From the IMG/VR virus record IMGVR_UViG_3300037067_017589: a stretch of 64,000 nt of DNA. One strand, given 5' to 3'. The notes below the pieces were generated by a model. That model worked only from the letters and a program-made list of their open reading frames with translations, ran no database searches and was not told the origin of the DNA. Position 1 is the stretch's first letter; the number at the start of each line of letters is the position of its first letter. A program made the translations under genes and the position numbers. This DNA is from an uncultured virus (IMG/VR IMGVR_UViG_3300037067_017589). Taxonomy: Duplodnaviria > Heunggongvirae > Uroviricota > Caudoviricetes. Of the stretch, positions 58,918 to 64,000 are shown in pieces.

Positions 58918-60702
58918 ATGAAAAATGTTTTATTAAAGAAAATACCATCATGTGAATTTAAAGATTATATATCTTCTATACAAGATATATCTTTTATACG
59001 AAATGGTTTAAAATTATCTTCTAATGTTAGCAATTTATGTTTAAATTTTAAAGATATAAAAGCTAATAGATGTGTATTAAAATTCAAACAAAATTTTCAA
59101 AATAATATTGTAAATATTTCATCAAATGGTGTATGTAAAGATTTTCAAATTAAATCAGACAATCAAAATATATCAGTACCTATTGGTGAAAATGGTTTAA
59201 TTATAATTAAATCTTATAAAAGAAATAAAGGTGAAATATTTCTTATTGATGAGATTTTATTATATAATGTTAATGATAATGATATTATATTAGAAAAACC
59301 AATAATAAAAGAACAAAAAATAATTAATAATTTACAAGATAATAATATTATTTATAATTCTGAAATATCTGGTTTTAGTGAATCTTGTTGTAATAACGGA
59401 TCTGAAATTTGTGGAAATGGTGTAATTATTGGCAATATTAGCAATTACACAATAGAAATACCAAAATTAGATAAAAATAAAATATATTTTATAACTGTTG
59501 ACTTATATAGAATTGATGGAAATGGAAAATTTATATTTGGATTATTATCAAGTGATAATCAATATAAAATAAATATAGCATCTTCCATATTAAAATCATA
59601 TACAACTGATATTTCTGTAAAACCAGATCAAAAATCTTATAGTATTAGTATTAAAAGACCAATATCAACAAAAGGTAAAATTTTTCTTAGTAAAATTTTA
59701 ATAACATGTGAAGATAAACCAAGTATTATATTGCCAATGGAAGATAAATCTTATGAAGATAAATCTTATGAAGATAAATCTTATGAAGATATAGAAGATA
59801 ATTTTATTTATAAATTTAATAAAATAGTTTTTTTTAATTTTTGGCACAATGGAGATATTCATGTTAGTAGATCTTTTATAAAGTATATTAAAAATTTAGG
59901 ATACGAATGTGAATATTTACATAATAATTCATTAAATTTATTAAATGATTTAAATATCAAGTGTACAAATTTAGATATTGCTGTTAAAAAACATGGTAAA
60001 AATCTTATTTCAAATAAAAATACTCATATTCATAATAATATATTATATATAAATACATGGTATAGATCTAATGAAAATATATTTAATAAATATAATACAA
60101 ATTTTGATTGTATATATTATTATTTTAAAGATATTATTTATAAATATTTTGGAATAGATATTGGTATACATAATATTTGGAATTTTTTTCCAGAAATAAA
60201 TTATATTAAATTTGATATAAAATATTCTTCTGAATTTTTAGAACAAAATATAGAACGTAAAAAAATATTTATATCAAATGGTGATTTTTATTCTGGTCAA
60301 GCTGTTAATTTTAATTTTAGTCCAATAATCAATTTTTTATCTAAAAAATATAAAGAACATTTATTTTTAATATCTAATAAAAAAGATGATATTGTTAAAA
60401 ATGAAAATATATATTTTACAAAAGATATTATTAATATAGAAAAATGTGATCTTAATGAAAATAGTTATTTATCATCTGAATGCGATCTTATTATTGGTAG
60501 GGGATCTGGTACTTATACATTTGCGTTGACAAAATATAATTATCAAAGAGATTGTAAATTTTTAGTATTTTTAAAAAATAATAATATGAAATATAATTGG
60601 ATACAGGAATTACCAATAACATATAAGGCTAATATTATTGGTTCTAGTGAAACTAGAATTAAAAATATATATAATATAATAGATGAAAATATTATTAATT
60701 AA
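58918..60702 (+). CDS. multidomain protein: beta-rich N-terminal domains plus putative glycosyltransferase domain
   Basis: C-terminal WHNGDIH...DLNENSYLS.ECD.IIGR domain paralogous to 51579; EDKSY repeat linker. Confidence 0.55.
   Translation: MKNVLLKKIPSCEFKDYISSIQDISFIRNGLKLSSNVSNLCLNFKDIKANRCVLKFKQNFQNNIVNISSNGVCKDFQIKSDNQNISVPIGENGLIIIKSYKRNKGEIFLIDEILLYNVNDNDIILEKPIIKEQKIINNLQDNNIIYNSEISGFSESCCNNGSEICGNGVIIGNISNYTIEIPKLDKNKIYFITVDLYRIDGNGKFIFGLLSSDNQYKINIASSILKSYTTDISVKPDQKSYSISIKRPISTKGKIFLSKILITCEDKPSIILPMEDKSYEDKSYEDKSYEDIEDNFIYKFNKIVFFNFWHNGDIHVSRSFIKYIKNLGYECEYLHNNSLNLLNDLNIKCTNLDIAVKKHGKNLISNKNTHIHNNILYINTWYRSNENIFNKYNTNFDCIYYYFKDIIYKYFGIDIGIHNIWNFFPEINYIKFDIKYSSEFLEQNIERKKIFISNGDFYSGQAVNFNFSPIINFLSKKYKEHLFLISNKKDDIVKNENIYFTKDIINIEKCDLNENSYLSSECDLIIGRGSGTYTFALTKYNYQRDCKFLVFLKNNNMKYNWIQELPITYKANIIGSSETRIKNIYNIIDENIIN
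59740..59790. repeat. 15-bp coding tandem repeat, about 3.4 copies
   Basis: GAAGATAAATCTTAT encoding EDKSY. Confidence 0.92.
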
Positions 60703-60711
60703 TGAGAATAT

Positions 60712-61434
60712 ATGAATATTATTACCACACTATTAAAATCAAAATCTGAAGAAAGAAATAATGAATATATTGATTGTTTTAAAAATAATGATAAAAATAA
60801 ATATATAAAATCTATTACTATATTATCTGAAGATAAAAAAGTACAAACATTAATTAAAAATACAAAAATAAAATTAGTATTTATAGATACTAGACCTACT
60901 TTTAGAATAATTATAGATTATATTAATAATAATTTTTCAATTAATGAAACTATAATTTTAACTAATGCAGATATATATTTTGATGACACTTTACAATATA
61001 TAAATTTTAATAAAGAATATGCTTATTGTCTTACAAGATGGCATAAATATACAACAGATGGTGAATGGACACATGCTATTTTAGGAGCTTGTCATGATAC
61101 TTGGATATTAAAAACACCAATAATAATTGACAATATAGATTTTGGTTTAGGTGTTCTTGGATGTGATTCTAGATTTTCATATCAAACTTTCGATGCTGGT
61201 TATTTACCAATAAATCCTTCACATTTAATAAAATGTTATCATTTACATGTTTCTAATTTAAGAATATGGAGACGAGAAAATATACTTTGTGGTAATTATC
61301 TTGGAATAGATCCAACAAAAAAAGTAGAATATATTAAAGAAAATATTTTTACATATAATGGACAAATATTACGTGGGAAATATACCACAACTGAATACGA
61401 TTATATTTTTAAGGATAAATATGTTAAAATTTGA
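60712..61434 (+). CDS. glycan-associated hypothetical protein, paralogue of 58105
   Basis: RPTF, TNADIYFD, CLTRW, CHDTW, GVLGCDSRF. Confidence 0.55.
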   Translation: MNIITTLLKSKSEERNNEYIDCFKNNDKNKYIKSITILSEDKKVQTLIKNTKIKLVFIDTRPTFRIIIDYINNNFSINETIILTNADIYFDDTLQYINFNKEYAYCLTRWHKYTTDGEWTHAILGACHDTWILKTPIIIDNIDFGLGVLGCDSRFSYQTFDAGYLPINPSHLIKCYHLHVSNLRIWRRENILCGNYLGIDPTKKVEYIKENIFTYNGQILRGKYTTTEYDYIFKDKYVKI

Positions 61435-61528
61435 TTCTAATAATGATGTTTTAATTTTTACACATATTCCAAAATGTGGAGAAATATCACTTTCTAGATT
61501 TATATCATTTTATAAACATGTTGTTTAT
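61421..61528 (+). pseudogene. sulfotransferase remnant (paralogue of 52448)
   Basis: MLKFDSNNDVLIFTHIPKCGEISL runs straight into SRFISFYKHV (internal deletion) and is then cut by an IS. Confidence 0.8.
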
Positions 61529-61824
61529 GAGAATCGTGGCGAGAAAACCCACTCCTGGCCAAAGGCCAGGATGCTCCTACGGAGCAAGGGTAGTCCTGTG
61601 GGATGAATCGCCCGTTATTCTTACTTTGATCTTTAATTTTCTGTTATATACCTTTTTATGAGAAGAACAATCAAAATAAAAGTAGAATTTCCAAAAGAAA
61701 TTATACTTCCCCTCATGAAAACTTGTTCTCAAGTTTTCAATGAGCATATTGATTGGGCTTTTGCAAATAATACTTGTAGTAAAACTAAGGATAAGTCAGA
61801 TATAAATGCAGGTATGTATTTGAC
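61529..61824 (+). mobile_element. truncated IS200/IS605 element with tnpB fragment
   Basis: After TTTAT; left end GGCGAGAAAACCC...GGGATGAATCGCC; ORF 61658-61828 MRRTIKIKVEFPKEIILPLM...FNEHIDWAF resembles the 55075 TnpB; ends TTGAC (right boundary uncertain). Confidence 0.8.
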
Positions 61825-61863
61825 TTAAGAATAATAAAATATATATAAATAATTAGGATTAAT

Positions 61864-62403
61864 ATGAAAGATATTCCATGGATGCCAGTAGATGCTGTAA
61901 CAATTTTAAAAGATATTATAAAACAAGATTTTGAAATATTTGAATGGGGAAGTGGTGGATCTACATTATTTTTTTCACAACGTGCTAAAAATATTATTTC
62001 AATTGAATATGATAAACAATGGTTTAATGATTTATTTTTAGAAATTAAGAATAGAAATATAACTAATATTAATTTAATTTATCAATTTCATGATAATAAA
62101 AAATGTGATGAAATTAGAAATCCTGATAAATTTACTTCTTTTAGTAGGTATTATAATAAGTGTGTATTTGAATCATATGTTAAAACCATTGATAAATTTG
62201 GTATGTTTGATCTTATAATAGTTGATGGAAGAGCTAGAATTAGTTGTTTTAAAAGAGCTATATTTAAATTAAAGAAAAATGGATTTATTCTAATAGATGA
62301 TATGGAAAGAGAGCATTACAGTGTAATATATGATATGATTCCTAAAAATTGGAAATTATATTTTAATAATGGTAGGGTAAAAATTTACCAAAATCTCATA
62401 TAG
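61864..62403 (+). CDS. class I SAM-dependent methyltransferase
   Basis: PWM, FEWGSGGST, SIEYD..W, FDLIIVDGRAR, G..LIDD. Confidence 0.85.
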   Translation: MKDIPWMPVDAVTILKDIIKQDFEIFEWGSGGSTLFFSQRAKNIISIEYDKQWFNDLFLEIKNRNITNINLIYQFHDNKKCDEIRNPDKFTSFSRYYNKCVFESYVKTIDKFGMFDLIIVDGRARISCFKRAIFKLKKNGFILIDDMEREHYSVIYDMIPKNWKLYFNNGRVKIYQNLI

Positions 62404-62412
62404 GAGATTATT

Positions 62413-63087
62413 ATGAATGTTGTTAATTTTGTTAAAAAAGAATTATTATCTTTTACAGGTTTAAATCAAGCTGAGGTTGATGATTTAATTATAAATAAAA
62501 AACATAAACAAGAATGGTTATTTTGGAATCCTAAAACTGAAAGCCAAATTAATTGGTTTTATAAAACATCTATTTCATATTTATTTGCAAATGCATCTCA
62601 TATATTAAATAATAATATTATAAATGATATACCTACTAAAAGCACTGTTTTTGATTTTGGAGGAGGATCTGGAAATTATTCTTATTCTTTAATTGATCAT
62701 GGTTGTAATTGTATTTATTTTGATATTAGTATTTTGCAGAAAAAATTTGTAGAATATGTTTCATTAAAATATAATTTACCAATTTTGATAATTGATTATG
62801 ATGAAAATTATATTCCAATATATAATAAAAAAGTTGATTTTATAATAGCCTTAGATGTAATTGAACATATACCAAATTATGAAAAATATATACAATATTT
62901 TTCAAATATTATAAATATTGGTGGAAGTATATATATTTATGCTCCATTTGGAAATATAAATGATCCTACACATTTAGATGATAAATTTAATTTAATAAGT
63001 ATTATGGAAAAATATAATTTTAAGTTTAATAAAAATATATCATTAAATTCTATAGCAAATTGTACTAAATTCACAAAGAAACTATAA
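62413..63087 (+). CDS. class I SAM-dependent methyltransferase
   Basis: VFDFGGGSG, DIS, DVIEHI, GG.IYI..P. Confidence 0.88.
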   Translation: MNVVNFVKKELLSFTGLNQAEVDDLIINKKHKQEWLFWNPKTESQINWFYKTSISYLFANASHILNNNIINDIPTKSTVFDFGGGSGNYSYSLIDHGCNCIYFDISILQKKFVEYVSLKYNLPILIIDYDENYIPIYNKKVDFIIALDVIEHIPNYEKYIQYFSNIINIGGSIYIYAPFGNINDPTHLDDKFNLISIMEKYNFKFNKNISLNSIANCTKFTKKL

Positions 63088-63088
63088 T

Positions 63089-63841
63089 ATGAAACATTGT
63101 CATTTTTCAATTTTATATAATGAATTACCATTTTTAAAACAAAAATTATCATTTTTATATAAACATTTTGATCAATTAATATTTTATGATTTAAATATTA
63201 ATACATTTGAATTTTCAAATGATGGTAGTCATGAATTTATAAAAAATTTTCCAGATCCTGAAAACAAAATTACATTAATAGAACAAAAAAATTTATTAAG
63301 TGCAATAAATTTTCACGGCAAGAGTTTTGTACAAAAAAAACAAATGTTTGCTATTGGATCTTTATATATAAAAAATAATATTGATATATTTTGGTGTACA
63401 GATCTTGATGAATTTTTTAACAAACAACTTATTAAAGATATAGAATATATATATAAAACTACAGATAGTAATACTATTTTAATTCCACATATTATATATT
63501 ATAAAAATGAAAACTATATTTTACCGGGAAAAGAAAATACAGGGGTTTCAAGATTGCCATATGCTAGAATTATGAAATATAATCCTGGAAGGATATTTGG
63601 TCATTGTGAAGATGGTCAAGATCCTATTTTTATATTTGATAATAATTATTTATATCATTTTGCATTTATAGGCAATAAACGAATGAAATTTAAAAGTGAA
63701 TTATATGAAAAAGAAAATTTTTATACTGAATGGAAAAATTTTAATTTTGATAAATCAAATTGTATAATTAGTCAATATACTATTCCTGAATATATTAATA
63801 TTAAAGAAATGATGAATGATTTAAACATTGACTTGGATTAA
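63089..63841 (+). CDS. GT2-like glycosyltransferase
   Basis: NE.PFL, SNDGS, DLDEF, GH, YHF. Confidence 0.7.
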   Translation: MKHCHFSILYNELPFLKQKLSFLYKHFDQLIFYDLNINTFEFSNDGSHEFIKNFPDPENKITLIEQKNLLSAINFHGKSFVQKKQMFAIGSLYIKNNIDIFWCTDLDEFFNKQLIKDIEYIYKTTDSNTILIPHIIYYKNENYILPGKENTGVSRLPYARIMKYNPGRIFGHCEDGQDPIFIFDNNYLYHFAFIGNKRMKFKSELYEKENFYTEWKNFNFDKSNCIISQYTIPEYINIKEMMNDLNIDLD

Positions 63842-63846
63842 TAATT

Positions 63847-64000
63847 ATGATACCTATATATAAACCACATTTTACAAAAGATAATCTTAAATATGCGCAC
63901 GAAGCAATTGATTCTACGTGGGTATCTTCTAAAGGAGAATATATAACTAAAGTTGAGGAAAATCTTTCTAGAATATATTCTATTGGTGATATTAGAATAA
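63847..64000 (+). CDS. DegT/DnrJ (perosamine synthase-like) aminotransferase, N-terminus (runs off window)
   Basis: MIPIYKPHFTKDNLKYAHEAIDSTWVSSKGEYITKVEE. Confidence 0.8.
   Translation, partial: MIPIYKPHFTKDNLKYAHEAIDSTWVSSKGEYITKVEENLSRIYSIGDIRI

Noticed and set aside
61538..61612. tRNA gene
   Set aside because: Branched hairpins but no T-loop, D-loop or CCA signature; it is an IS left end.
2791..63152. Short antisense or nested ORFs in the track (e.g. 2791, 4721, 18051, 18684, 30139, 31126, 35368, 48550, 50955, 55903)
   Set aside because: They shadow well-supported genes and have no recognisable motifs.
1..64000. Stop-codon recoding
   Set aside because: Long conserved genes are intact in the standard code and end in TAA, TAG and TGA.

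Overview
Very AT-rich, gene-dense segment that looks like part of a jumbo/huge phage genome read in the standard code. The phage call is an inference from tail fibres with S74 chaperones, free-standing HNH genes and isolated host-like genes outside their usual operons. It has two divergent arms that switch at about 33.7-34.2 kb. The left arm (minus strand) carries DNA metabolism and host-takeover genes: MT-A70 methylase, bS21, AAA ATPase, TopA, phosphoesterases, 2x Hsp20, RecD-like helicase, pol-beta nucleotidyltransferase, dCMP deaminase, a possible zinc-ribbon sigma-like factor, ClpP, DksA/TraR, 2x HU, Thg1, LigA and a GH73-like lysin. The right arm (plus strand) has tail-fibre/virion genes followed by a ~20 kb glycan synthesis and modification cluster. 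IS200/IS605 elements are scattered throughout: one intact TnpB element splitting an FkbM gene, a TnpB gene running off the left edge, TnpB remnants, and five ~0.2-0.3 kb protein-free copies built as left end + promoter + structured omegaRNA-like region + right end, each ending next to a different flank. The top leads are these stand-alone guide-RNA cassettes and a recurring Asp-Gly-Tyr motif in two virion proteins next to the glycan cluster. All product calls come from motifs read by eye; no database searches were run.
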